DNA of 63,966 bases, filler included, from Stramenopiles sp. TOSAG23-6 (lineage: Eukaryota), in assembly GCA_900128565.1 (NCBI GenBank). It is 3 parts of 3 records of this genome, joined end to end, with 100 filler letters (N's around TTAATTAATTAA, not from the genome) between each part and the next. Parts side by side here need not be neighbours in the genome. Positions count along the whole stretch, not along the records: positions 21,828 to 43,541 come from LT636025.1; positions 43,642 to 63,966 come from LT636038.1; 1 more part is not named here. The stretch is one strand, 5' to 3'. The notes below the pieces were generated by a model that saw nothing but the letters and a program-made list of their open reading frames with translations, had not been told where the DNA came from and made no database searches. This document shows, piece by piece, positions 31,834-43,704 of the stretch. Positions within the stretch are counted from its first letter, which is position 1, and each line of letters starts with the position of its first letter. The position numbers and the translations under genes were made by a program.

Positions 31834-34248
31834 CTACACCCATACTCCACGCATCTGCCAAGAAGCCATTTCTCCATGATGACAATACGTGTTGTTGTTT
31901 CTTTTAATACTTGTAAAGTTTGCATTAAGAGGGAAAGTCACAGGTTCCAAAACTCCTTTCTGGTGATGTGAACTGAAAAGACATGGTGGTATGGCTATGT
32001 ATCCTGTTTCGTCAAAGATTGTTGATTTTTTTTTTCCATAAATTGGCATCTGTCTACAAAGTAGTTCTCCAGTGTCTTCATTGAATAGGTCGAGGGAAAT
32101 ACAAGAAGGTGCATGACAGTGTCCTCCGAGATATATTAGCTGAAATCCTGTCGCAGATTTTGGTCTTGGATCATTACTCATATCAGCCACAGTAAATCTT
32201 GCACTTATTTGATGCATGCAGTCACTTGAAGGTGTTCCAGGTGGACATTTTGGAACCTCATACTCACCTGCAAAAGCTTCAGTTTGATAGTAATATCGCC
32301 ATAAGTTTTCATGAGAAGCCGCTACAGTATTTACACCTCGAAAACTTTTCTGAAAGAAGTTAGCGCCACCAATAATACTACTCACAGTTGCAATCATACT
32401 TGGGCTCACAATCGTTGTCGCGGGCTTATATTCTTGAAACCAAAACCTGAATTTCATTCGGTACTCCAACTTTTGATTCATCCAAGGATTTTGATCTTTA
32501 TCCAACAAAATATTTCCATGATGGCAACACGCAAGCCCTCCAACATACTGTTCCAGCGTGCAAATAGCATTATGTTGTTGAAGCAAATCTCCATAAGGTT
32601 CGGGTCTACAGATTCTCGAAAAACTTTCGATATTTGGTGGTTGTCCAATAGTCTGTTTTACCCCATTATCACATATGCAAGTAGATAATGTACCTACACT
32701 AATGAGTGTAACCTGTGATGCAGCGCTTGATTTATGAAATGCAAAGGTTGAACCATTACCGACTGCACTGATAAAGGGGATGACAAGTCCATTCGCTGTG
32801 TTTGGCTTAAAAGTGTAATGTTCTGTAGTCGCACCAACAATAGCACGCGTCATAGTCACTGTCCGAATGTTATTATGTACTGTATTACTGATTACTTTAA
32901 CCTGTGTTGAAATCAATGAACCACCATCATGGTTACCTAATTTTCTCTCTGTTACTATGCCTGATCCATCAACAATAATTGCATTGGGTAAAGATGACAT
33001 TTCTGATGCACCTAAGCCAACTCCAAACCAAACACCCACTGGACCAGAAATTGTGATTTCAACAGCTTGATCAACAGGTTTTTTCTTTACGTCTGTTTCA
33101 ATATCAATTGAAAGTCTCACACCCGTAGTCTTAGTGTATGAAGATCCTGTATGTTCAGAACTTCCTCCACAACTTGTACCGGATTGTCCATTTGGAAGAG
33201 TATTAAAAGAAGCAGTATAAGTAGTTACAAAGTTTTCCGATTTCTCAGCATGTAAAGAACAACCTAGAGGCATAGTCGTTTTTGAGATGGTACTGTTTGT
33301 CACTGTTTTACTAGCACCCAATATTTCTCTGGCTGCTGCGAAGCAAAGATCAGCTGTCTTTATAGCTTTTTTACAAGAACCATGAGCTAAACTTTGATAT
33401 TGTGGAATACTCTCTTTGATAATTCTATCAGTACAGGGACATTCAAGTAAACCTGAGTATACAGAGTGTTCAGGTGCACATGATGCCTTTGGAACTGGGC
33501 CAGATATAAATCCGTCTGCTAAAGTAGTATTTCTATTCCAAGTATCAATTTGCATAGGTTGTATTTTGAAAGTCGTTGGAGATTGAATTAGCTGGGCATA
33601 ACCATCTGGATATCCATGAAACGACTTACGTGATTCACCACCATTTCCTTCACTGAAAAATTGACCAGTTGGTATATTTGGTATTTTCGGAGGTGGGGGA
33701 GGAGTACCTTGATATTCACGATAAACTTCTTCTTCACTTTTATCACGAAGTGCCCAAATTACCTCTTTGTTATGCATTGCACGAGACTCCTTTGGGGTTG
33801 CCGCTCTTAATTCGACTGTAGAGTGGACTCCTTCAAGGTATGCTTCATAGTGGTGATTATATGCGAAGAAAATCGGGACAGAAGTGTCTTCTTTACCTGG
33901 GGTATGATACACTTGGTCTTGTTCATAACCCACTATAGCCATTGTTTTACCTTTGAAGCGTTCGACTAATGCTTTATCCAAAGGTACAGGATCCATCATA
34001 GTCCAGTATACTTCACCATATCGAGTTGAAATTAGCGGAGAATAAGCATCAAAATACTCTGCAGTACCCCCATAATTATCAGAATAATTGGAAGAAAAGT
34101 TACCACCTGAAGCTTCATTCGAAATTACATAATTGCCGTTCATATTTTTTCTGCCAGTCTTTGCAGGAGATCCTGGAATAACAGTCTTTTCCTGTGCAGC
34201 ATGGACAGATACGCTTGCTATAGCAAAGAATCCAAAAAGTCGCATCAT
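31834..34248 (-). CDS. Secreted protein with DOMON-like domain and Nod19/monooxygenase-like His motifs
   Basis: Signal peptide, YNHHY, WFGVGLGA..M (DOMON-like), GHCHAP, HHGEMASWQ. Confidence 0.7.
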   Translation of the reverse strand: MMRLFGFFAIASVSVHAAQEKTVIPGSPAKTGRKNMNGNYVISNEASGGNFSSNYSDNYGGTAEYFDAYSPLISTRYGEVYWTMMDPVPLDKALVERFKGKTMAIVGYEQDQVYHTPGKEDTSVPIFFAYNHHYEAYLEGVHSTVELRAATPKESRAMHNKEVIWALRDKSEEEVYREYQGTPPPPPKIPNIPTGQFFSEGNGGESRKSFHGYPDGYAQLIQSPTTFKIQPMQIDTWNRNTTLADGFISGPVPKASCAPEHSVYSGLLECPCTDRIIKESIPQYQSLAHGSCKKAIKTADLCFAAAREILGASKTVTNSTISKTTMPLGCSLHAEKSENFVTTYTASFNTLPNGQSGTSCGGSSEHTGSSYTKTTGVRLSIDIETDVKKKPVDQAVEITISGPVGVWFGVGLGASEMSSLPNAIIVDGSGIVTERKLGNHDGGSLISTQVKVISNTVHNNIRTVTMTRAIVGATTEHYTFKPNTANGLVIPFISAVGNGSTFAFHKSSAASQVTLISVGTLSTCICDNGVKQTIGQPPNIESFSRICRPEPYGDLLQQHNAICTLEQYVGGLACCHHGNILLDKDQNPWMNQKLEYRMKFRFWFQEYKPATTIVSPSMIATVSSIIGGANFFQKSFRGVNTVAASHENLWRYYYQTEAFAGEYEVPKCPPGTPSSDCMHQISARFTVADMSNDPRPKSATGFQLIYLGGHCHAPSCISLDLFNEDTGELLCRQMPIYGKKKSTIFDETGYIAIPPCLFSSHHQKGVLEPVTFPLNANFTSIKRNNNTYCHHGEMASWQMRGVWV

Positions 34249-34432
34249 GTTTTTAATGTGTTCAACTTGTCTCAAGTATTCTGGTGTAGAAAAAGAAACA
34301 GTTGAGAGAACTTAAGAGATTTCTTCAACGAAAACGCGAGCGTCGATTCCTGAGACAAAAAGAATTTCAAAAAACTGAGCGTTTTTTTGCGTTTTTTTTT
34401 CTGAATTTGAGCGGACATTACTAGGATTAGGC

Positions 34433-34443
34433 TAGGGTTAGGG
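34433..34443. promoter_or_regulatory. TAGGGTTAGGG in divergent promoter upstream of frataxin
   Basis: Recurrent promoter motif. Confidence 0.45.
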
Positions 34444-34528
34444 GAGTCGAGGAGGTCAGGTCGAATCTGATGTTCGTTCTATAGTCTACTACTCTACTCT
34501 ACGACAACATTATAATAAATTATTAGCA

Positions 34529-35089
34529 ATGCTATCCCGATCAATACCCATACCACGTGGATTATGCTCGTATTTTGCAAATAGCTTCCAGTTAATTTCG
34601 CAGCATACCACGCGTTTTGCTGGCACAATGACAAAGTCTTTTCTTCCCCGCTCAACAATAGTTTTGACTCACAAGGGTGTGCTAGCACAATCTCGTGCAT
34701 TTGGTTGTTTTGCCTCTGAGGGGCACTTTAAAGAAGTTGCGGGAAATTTTTTGGAAGATTTATCAGACGCTTTGTCAGATTTGGAGGAAAAGCTAGATGC
34801 TTCCGAAATGATAGAAGTCGAATGCATGGATGGTGTTTTAACCTTAAGCCTTGGTGACCATGGAACCTGGGTATTAAACAGACAAGGTCCTAATCAACAA
34901 ATATGGTGGTCTTCTCCTCTGAGTGGACCTCGACGGTATAATTATATCGCTGGTGCCGATGAAGAATGGGTAGGTGTTCGTGATGGAAAGGGTTTGCTAG
35001 AATTACTGCGAGCTGAACTTATATCTATATATGGAGAAAAAGTTATTACAGAGTTGCAGCTGGACGCTTCAAAATTTTCCACTAGATAA
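34529..35089 (+). CDS. FXN: Frataxin, mitochondrial
   Basis: DGVLTL.LG.HGTWVLNRQGPNQQIWWSSPLSGPRRY; presequence-like N-terminus. Confidence 0.95.
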   Translation: MLSRSIPIPRGLCSYFANSFQLISQHTTRFAGTMTKSFLPRSTIVLTHKGVLAQSRAFGCFASEGHFKEVAGNFLEDLSDALSDLEEKLDASEMIEVECMDGVLTLSLGDHGTWVLNRQGPNQQIWWSSPLSGPRRYNYIAGADEEWVGVRDGKGLLELLRAELISIYGEKVITELQLDASKFSTR

Positions 35090-35146
35090 AATGCAAACAT
35101 GTTTCCTTCATTTATTTATGTACTAATATTATAAACTTATATTTTG

Positions 35147-37340
35147 TTAAACCTTTTGTTTGCAAATTGTTGCTAATGTACATACTTTACCTGCTTCAAA
35201 ATTTGATTTTGAAAATAAAACTTTTTCTGGAGCTTCAACATCCATCTTTTCTGTATTTCCATCCCAACGCTTCATTAACCAATGGAATATTGGACCATCA
35301 AATATCTCCCAAATGTATGGGGTATCGATATAACCTAAACTAAGTAGTTCTGATACTTGTAGAAATAAATTTCGAGCAATTAAATCTTGTGCCTTTATCA
35401 AAATATTTTGACGAAAGAAACCTTCAGAATATTTTTTTTTTGTACTACATTTTGTACCTAATGATTTTTTTTTTAGCTCTTCAACTTCTCGTTTCCAAAT
35501 ATCTTTAAATGTCTCTCGCATCAAACCTTGGGCTAATAATGCTCGTATTTGAGTAGATGATGGCTGATGACAACTGGGTAGTGACCATATTATTGAAACG
35601 ACTTGGCATATAAAGTTTCGATGATTTTTAAAAGGTATCTCCGATATATCTACATTTTCCATAATTTTGGTACAATTGTTTTTAGGTATAGGTATTAATT
35701 GTAACCAATTTTTCTTTGAAGTAAACGGACAACAAAAAATTTCTGATATGTAACTACTGGATAAGTTTAATCGAGAATAGCAACGGTTTCGAAAATTCGA
35801 TAATATACAATGGTAAGGTTGGGATTGCGGAGTATTTAGTGTACATTTTTTGTAAAAAAATATTCAGAAATTTGAAATTCGTCAGGTATAATAATAATCT
35901 AAATCTTGAGTAAAAAAAAAAATTAAATTTGAATTTTCATGATTAGGGTTAGGGTNATTAGGGTTAGGGTGAAACAAACATTCGATAGCAACACCTCTCC
36001 GGAATACAGGAGTTTCATTAAATGGGTATATCAAATCTACTAAAACAGGTTGAGGAAGTATTGTAGAGGAGATACCTTGATAATCTTCAAAATCTTTTAA
36101 TAGACTATAAAATTGAACTACATTTTCATATTTTCTACGAATATATTTCAAAAAAAAAAAAAAAAATTGTTAGGTACAAAATTCCGTACGAAGAAAAAAA
36201 TGAAATTTGAAAAAAAATAAATACGTATTTTCTACGAATATATTGTAGAGTCATCATCATATTACGATGACTTCTACGTGATTTTCGATTGTGTTTCTTA
36301 TTTTTAGTACACATTTTGGTACTTATCGACTTCCTTGGGTGACATTCTGCTTTGCTTTTTTTTGTACAATTATTTTCATGCCTCTCTATACTATTACTTT
36401 CATCACTTTGAGTAGTAGAAGTTGTAGTAGGGTTAGGGTTTTGAGTATCAGTTCTAAATACCTCAGATAAAAAAGTAGCTACAGCTGGTACGTGACATTT
36501 CATACCTACAAATCTAGAAATAGAATTAAGCACAGAAATATCTCGAGGGAGAACATCACAGCCTAATATACCGGCAAGATAAGGAAGTTGTTCAAGGGTA
36601 AGATTAAGAGCAGATAAAACTTTACATTGATTATATGTTTTGCACTCAATGGAAAAAAAATTCAGGTTTGTGCTATTTTTTGTATTTTTTGTATTTTTTG
36701 TATTTTTTGTATTTTTTGTATTTTTCTTTATGATAGTCTCATCATTTTGATTTATCTTTACAGTGCTAAAATCAATCATAAGTGCATCACCTGTATCAAA
36801 TATTAGAAAGTCACTGTCTGTAGCTAAAACACCGAAAGCTTGACTTTGTTTTGCAAATGTAGCTACGTACACATCTGCTTCACCTCGAGTGTACTGAACA
36901 CTAGCACCAGCAGCTTCCCAAGCTGACGCTAACCACAAACGATATGACGTACCTGGAATATATAAATGCTTTGGGATACTGTGTTCGTACCCCTGGTTCT
37001 TCTCATGATAAATAAGCCATTTGTTTAAGGCTTTTAATCGAATAACTTCTTTGTTTCTTCGCTTCAACCATTCTCTATTCTTGGACGAGCAAGTGCTTCC
37101 ATCAATGAATACAACTAGGTCGAACCCACAAAGTCTAAATGCTTCTACAAAATTAAAAACTTCTTCCCGCAGTCGAGTGAAGTCAAGAACGATGCCACAC
37201 ATATCCCGTAGGAAATATGAAACACCAGCTAGACCATCAACAATAATTTTCTTGGTTTCTTTTTTCTCGCTTTGAGGAGTGAACCTTACACTTGAATGAC
37301 AATGCTTTTTAGACCAGGCAGATAACCCTTGCACACCCAT
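35147..37340 (-). CDS. Asteroid/XPG-like PIN-domain protein; exons 37340-36225, 36127-35980, 35844-35147
   Basis: MGVQGL, IIVDG, VVFIDG, GEAD, VLATDSDFLIF, AGILGCD. Three ORF pieces are joined in frame by two GT...AT introns. Confidence 0.82.
35845..35979 (-). other. Degenerate GT...AT intron, 135 nt, containing telomeric repeats
   Basis: gaa t|GTTTG...TACCTGAC...AAAAAAT|gt aca. The first AG is 88 nt downstream and out of frame. Confidence 0.75.
36128..36224 (-). mobile_element. Introner, GT...AT, 97 nt, with a 19-bp exon duplication at its 3' end
   Basis: tac|GTATTT...GTACCTAAC...AAAATAT|gaa. The internal AG leads to a stop. Confidence 0.8.
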
Positions 37341-37669
37341 TGAAATGTAAAATTATCTAGCTCATGAATTACTTATTCTGAAAATATTAGTTGTACCAGT
37401 AGTAATGAAGTACCCATGTTTTGTTGTAATATTATAGTGTAGTTTTAGTGTAATTACTAATTAGTATTAGTAGCTTGAGCTGAATATTTTTATGATGTCA
37501 TGTCATGGATTTTCAAAAAACACGAAAAGCGGAATCGATTTTCAGATTGCGATTTGCTCGCCGAATTTTGACAGGTAGTATTTATTTTGATTCTCTTGCC
37601 TAACCAAAAACCTCCGTGAAATTTCTTTTTCCAAGTCTTTGTAAACACAATCTAAATCTTTGAAGAAAG

Positions 37670-37909
37670 ATGAAGATGTTTGCGCTTGGGACATTTTTAA
37701 TAATTGTGCTCCATTCTTGTTTTGGTCTACGCCTCGATATAGTTTTAGACTTAGACGAAAGTCTTTTGAAAACAAAATATTATTCTAAACCAATTGAAGC
37801 AGCTGCTAATCTTTCCTTGATGGTTGAACAGGGCTACAATTGTTTTGGTCCTCATCGGATTGAGTATGCTGCAGTGCAACCTGATGGAAAGACAATAATA
37901 CAAATATGG
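37670..37909 (+). CDS. HAD/NIF-type phosphatase-like protein with signal peptide, truncated by the inverted duplication
   Basis: Hydrophobic leader followed by IVLDLDESLL; the sequence switches to the duplicated arm at 37910. Confidence 0.6.
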
Positions 37910-40900
37910 TACTCTACATGTGGATAATTTTCAGGATTAGAAATATTTTCATTCTTTTGTTCAGGATTAGAAATATTTTCATTCTTTTGTTGAGAAGATT
38001 CATCATAATTATTAGATTCTACATCATCTTTAATTACAGACGCAACAACACTTGTTCTATACACTGATTCAGAATCTTGACTTTCAGAATCTAGTATCGC
38101 ATCATGATAAGAATCATTTTCTAGTATCGCATCATGATTAGAATCATTTTCGAGGTTACTATTTTGTTTAGGCATAAGGTTATCCATCATGTATGATTTC
38201 CATATACGTTGACAAGGATCCGATACACTCAAAATTTTACTTCTGATTGGTTTTTTTATATGTTTTGGTGATGATATACGCGATCTTTCTGCTTCAGCGT
38301 GTTCGAGGCGTTTTATATGCCAAACCCGTCGATGTCGCCAAGCCCATCGTCTCCAACATGTCATAGGCCGCCTATATTGTGAATATATATATATATATAA
38401 TTCTTTTGGTTAATTCTTTTGGTTTAAAAAAAAATCCTTAGGTACAAAATTTTCTATGAAAAACTAAATGAATATAAAATTCATAATGAAAACGTACATG
38501 AGAAGTCGATGGACAAGAATTAATCTCGTCACTTGTTTCCATGCTAAGAGATGTTGTCTCATAAAATTTTGACGGTATCTTAATTCTGCTTTTGTAACAG
38601 TCTTCATAGCAATGAGAGCTCTTTGAAGCGGTCGCTTCCNGTGCCAGTACTTATGAAAATCATATAAAAGTTCCTTGCGAATTTCAGCTGCTGACTCCCA
38701 CTTACGAAAAAGCTGAGAACGAGAACGCTGGACAGATCTAAATCGAACTAGTCTACCAATAGAATGTATTTTGGAAAATATTTCAAAAAAAAAAACTTAA
38801 AATTTGTTAGGTACAAAATTTCTTACGAAAAATAAATTCAAAATTGAGGAAAAATAAAACATACATGTAAGTTAGTTATGTGCTTCCACTCTTGTATGTG
38901 TCGAGCTAATAATTGATCTCGTAAATATGCCTGAGCTTTATATTTCTTACACTTACGTCGCGATGAATTCAATGTCTCTTGTAACCATGCATGGAACATT
39001 GAACGCTTTAAATTATCATTTACAATTTGTAATTCATTCCAAGAACAATTCCGTCGTTTTCTCATAGCTTTGTAGTCCCATTTTTCTCGAAGACGACGAC
39101 AGTATGTATTTTGGAAAAATATTTCAAAAAAAAAAAAAATGTTAGGTACAAAATTGTGTACGAAAAAAAATTCGAATTTGAAAAAAAATAAAACGTACAC
39201 GATTTTCCCGCAATGCTCGCACTTAGAGTATTCCATGCTCGACGTAGTCTAGTTAAACGTTTGCCTTTTAGAGACCAAAATGTAAAGATTGGAAGTAATA
39301 CTTTTTGTCTGTGTCGAATGTTTTGTATTAAATATAAACGATGTAAGGCATATTTTATACGTGCACGTTTCCTCCAAAGAGATAATAAAGTACGGCATTT
39401 TCTTATACCTCTATTTCCCACTATTTTGACTGCTGTAGATTTTAATTGTAAAGAATAATCAGAATAGACTTTCCATACTTTAATAATTTTCATTTTTGTG
39501 TGAGATGTCCAGTGATCAAAAGCTATTTTCTCATTGTTCCTTTTGTGCCATCGTATGTCACATTTATATTTCCATCGGTATAATAATCGTTTTTTCAGTG
39601 CATTTTCATATCGAAAATTTTCTTCATCAAAATCATCTGTAGATACTGCAAGAATCTCATACTTGCGATGGATTTCATCAGAATTAGAAGTACTTTCAGT
39701 ATCGGAGGTACTACTCGATAATAAATTATCATCATTACTAGTCTGTGATACATCATTCAAAATTGTTCCAACTGCATTTGTAAGAACAGTTTCGGCGATA
39801 CTATCATCATGGTTATCTTTGGAATATCCTTCCAAGGAGTCAACTAAAACAAATTCAAGACTTTTATGTACAGGTGAACTTAAATGTGTACTTAATTCTT
39901 CACTAATGTTTTGAGCAATAATCATTCGCCCAAATGATTGAATTGTAATAGCTGCACCAATCTGTCTAGTTGATTGTAATGCAATATGTCGATTAACTCT
40001 TTTTTGAGCTCGACGTATTGCAGCATAATTTATATTTTCCGATTCTGATATTTCTTTTGTCTTTTTATTTTTAATTTTCATGATATTTCTTCTGCTGCGA
40101 ACTCTGTTACGAGCATTCTGGATTGACCTATCAATGAAATGATCATGTTTATCTTGAACACTTACACGGGATCGATAATCACTTTTTCGTTGTTGTGGTG
40201 ATTCTGCTGGAGCAATTTTAGATTTATTCTTTCGTTTTTCTCCAGCAAATCTCAAAAATCGATCAATTTTTGTTACGTCATTATCAATATATTCTCTGTG
40301 TACTACACCACTAAGTATTTCGCTTTTTTGTTGATTTTGTGTAAGACGTATTGTCATTGAATCAACATCATCAGTACTAACACTAGATTCCATAGTAGTT
40401 GTATAATCGGTTGATGTTGTTTCTTCATTTCTTGTTTTTGTTTCTGTTACTTCTGTTGCTGATAATAAAGGTTTCTTTACTCTTCTTGATGTAGGAGAAT
40501 ATGACGTCACCTTCTTTTTGCTTTTTCTATGAGGTGATTCCAAAATAAAATGCTTTCTTTTTATTAATTTCGGAGAAAGTGAAGATCGTCTCCGTCGTGA
40601 TCTTGATTTTGGAGCATGCTTCAATGTATAAACAACTTCTGTGTGTCGCGAAGGGATTGCATTTTGTAAATAATTCAGATTTTGACGATTAGTAGCATCA
40701 ACCCTATGCACTGATTGATGAGAATCAACAACAGAATGAACGTTTTTCAACCTTTTCTTAATACCTTTCGCCCGGGATGCAATTTTCATATTCCTTGTTG
40801 ATCTTTGTTCTTTCGTCTTTTGCTGTTTTTTACGTCCATTTTTCACTTTTGTTGTGACCTTTCCTTTTGATTGCGCATATCTTCTCATTCTTTCTCTTGC

Positions 40901-43541
40901 TGATTCCATTGAAGACGTTTTGGTAACTTTTGGTTTTCGGAAAGGCTCTGTAGGTTTAGCTTTCGACTTTCGTAAAGGCTCTGTAGGTTTAGCTTTTGGT
41001 TTTCGTAAAGGCTCTGTAGGTTTAGCTTTTGGTTTTCGTAAAGGCTCTGTAGATTTAACTTTTGGTTTTCGTAAAGGCTCTGTAGATTTAACTTTTGGTT
41101 TCATTGAATTGGTCAAAGATGTGTTCACTTTTTCATTTTCGCAAACGTCTTCATTTATATCTATTTCGAATTCTTGTTTCATCATAGGGAGTGTCAATGA
41201 ACTTGATATACTTCGATGAAATTTGCGCTCCTTCACAACTTTCGCTTTTTTTGGCAAGGCATTCAGCTGGTCTTTATCTTTGTATACATCTGATCCTTCC
41301 ACCTCAATATGATTATATAAAGCCTCTTCTGTATTTTCAGCACCTCTTTTTTCTTGTTGAACATTTTCAGCTTCTTTTTCTTCTTGCACATGTTCAACTT
41401 CTTTTTCTTCTTGTACATTGAAGTTGTCTTTTTCTTCTTGTATACAACTAGCTACAGTTGATACTTTTATAATCCTACCATTTAAAGTTTCTTCATTTTG
41501 ATTTTGTTCAAATTCTTTTAGTTGCATTTTTATTTGTGAATTTTCATCACTGTACTGCCGTGAACGTGAATGTGAGCCAATCAACGCAGCCGCCGCTTTC
41601 AATTTACCACGATGATTTTCCGATTCGAAATCATTTTCGTACTCAATATTTCTCTCATCTTCTTCATTTCCACTCAAGTCTTTTTGGCTGTCACTTTGAA
41701 TGGCAGACGCAGCTATTCGTGAATGTGAGCCAATCAACGCAGCCGCCGCTTTCAATTTACCACGATGATTTTCCGATTCGAAATCATTTTCGTACTCAAT
41801 ATTTCTCTCATCTTCTTCATTTCCACTCAAGTCTTTTTGGCTGTCACTTTGAATGGCAGACGCAGCTATTCGTGAATGTGAGCCAATCAACGCAGCCGCC
41901 GCTTTCAATTTACCACGATGATTTTCCGATTCGAAATCATTTTCGTACTCAATATTTCTCTCATCTTCTTCATTTCCACTCAAGTCTTTTTGGCTGTCAC
42001 TTTGAATGGCAGACGCAGCTATTCGTGAATGTGAGCCAATCAACGCAGCCGCCGCTTTCAATTTACCACGATGATTTTCCGATTCGAAATCATTTTCGTA
42101 CTCAATATTTCTCTCATCTTCTTCATTTCCACTCATTTCAGGTGACTGCCGAGGCATGTATGATGTATAATTGTTTTTACGTATGGACTTTTTAGATTTC
42201 TCAGATTTTGAATGAAAATATTTTGTTTTCAAGTCTTTCTGGCTGTCACTTTGAACGACAGATTGTGTATCAATATATTTTGTTTCTAATTTGTTTTGAT
42301 CACTTGTAGTTGTTTTTTTTGTAGTATTAATAAAAGAAGGTTTTTCATATGTACTTTCATCAGTCTTTGAATTATACCAATATTTCCTACCTGTAATTGG
42401 ACAAATACCTTCTTCCCAATATTTTGATACATTAAATTCTATTTTGTGTAACTTATTTTGCAACATTTTACGTACTTTTCTTTTTGCAATACAACTTCTT
42501 ACACGAGACTGCATTTGAATGACAAGGTGAATTTTTAATTTTTCATCATTTTGCCAGCGTTGTTTTCTGTGTTTGGAATATTTAATTACATCTTCTAATT
42601 CTTTTTCAAGTCTAATTATTTCACATTGTTGATCACTTTCTTCATTGTTTTGTTTTTTTTGTTTTCTATTTGACTCTTTACTACATTTCCACCTTGCATC
42701 TGTAGATAACTTTTCATTTTGAAATTGTACATCATCTTCCATTTTCCTTAACTTTATTTTTGTTTTTGCAAGTTCGATTTTAAATGATAATTTATTTTTC
42801 TTTCTTTCCTCCTCTATATTATTTTCATACGATTCTTTTTGTTTTCTTTCTGCCACTTCTTCAAACATTTGTTGGCTTATTAATTGTTCTTCATTTCGTT
42901 TTTTTCTCATAGCTTTAACAATATTTTTGGCGAATATTTGGCGAACGTGTGACTGGACCATTACTATTAGTTTATATTTTCTTTTATTTTCTTCCTTTAC
43001 TTTTTTGTGTTTTTGTATACATTTCTGCCAGTTTTTTTTCCCGCGTGTTTCTTCAAGAGCTTTGTTTTCTTCTTCATTTCGCTTATTCTGCAAAGATGCG
43101 ATACGCAATAATCCTGCATCATGTTTCTCTAATAAATTCTTTTTGGCACTAGCCTCTGCAGACTTACGTCGAGCTATTTTCCCTCGCATAGGAGACTGAA
43201 TTCTTATAGCCATAGCATGCAAACGTTCACTGTCTTTATTTTCCTGTTCTTGCTTTCTTTTTTTTTCTTCTTCTTTTAACTTTTCTTTTTCCTTTTGATT
43301 CGATTCAAAACTTTCTAATTTATTTTTGATACGTGCAAGATTTTCTTCTTTTTCAGCAATCTTCTTACGCTTCTGATGTAATTTGGCTTTAGATTCTTCT
43401 CGCATTCGTTTTAACTCTAATCTTGCTTTTTGTGCATTGGCTGCATCTTTTTTCCATTGGTCTTCATTTGTTTTCGCTCTTAATCTATATGTATTTTGGA
43501 AAAATATTTCAAAAAAAAAAACTAAAATTTGTTAGGTACAA
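37910..43541 (-). repeat. Right arm of the inverted duplication (partial copy of the IQ/WW gene; mirror introns 38372-38497, 38764-38864, 39104-39198, 43489-43541)
   Basis: Exact reverse complement of 21828-27459. Confidence 0.97.
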
Positions 43542-43585
43542 NNNNNNNNNNNNNNNNNNNNNNNNNNNNNNNNNNNNNNNNNNNN

Positions 43586-43597
43586 TTAATTAATTAA
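43586..43597. other. Artificial contig linker
   Basis: TTAATTAATTAA within N runs. Confidence 0.95.
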
Positions 43598-43641
43598 NNN
43601 NNNNNNNNNNNNNNNNNNNNNNNNNNNNNNNNNNNNNNNNN

Positions 43642-43704
43642 TTTTTTTTCGTACGAAATTTTGTACCTAACGATTTTTTTTTGAAATATTTTTTCATCAT
43701 ACAT
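43642..43704 (+). mobile_element. Introner 3' part at contig start (...CATACAT)
   Basis: CGTACGAAATTTTGTACCTAACG...; followed directly by codons for VLGVTTVAGN. Confidence 0.85.

Noticed and set aside
36428-36441. TAGGGTTAGGGTT as a promoter telobox
   Set aside because: It lies inside coding sequence (NPNP) and may be incidental.
39062-43405. A second paralogue of the 1447-aa protein
   Set aside because: It is identical including an ambiguous base, is truncated, and lies in the probably artefactual inverted arm.
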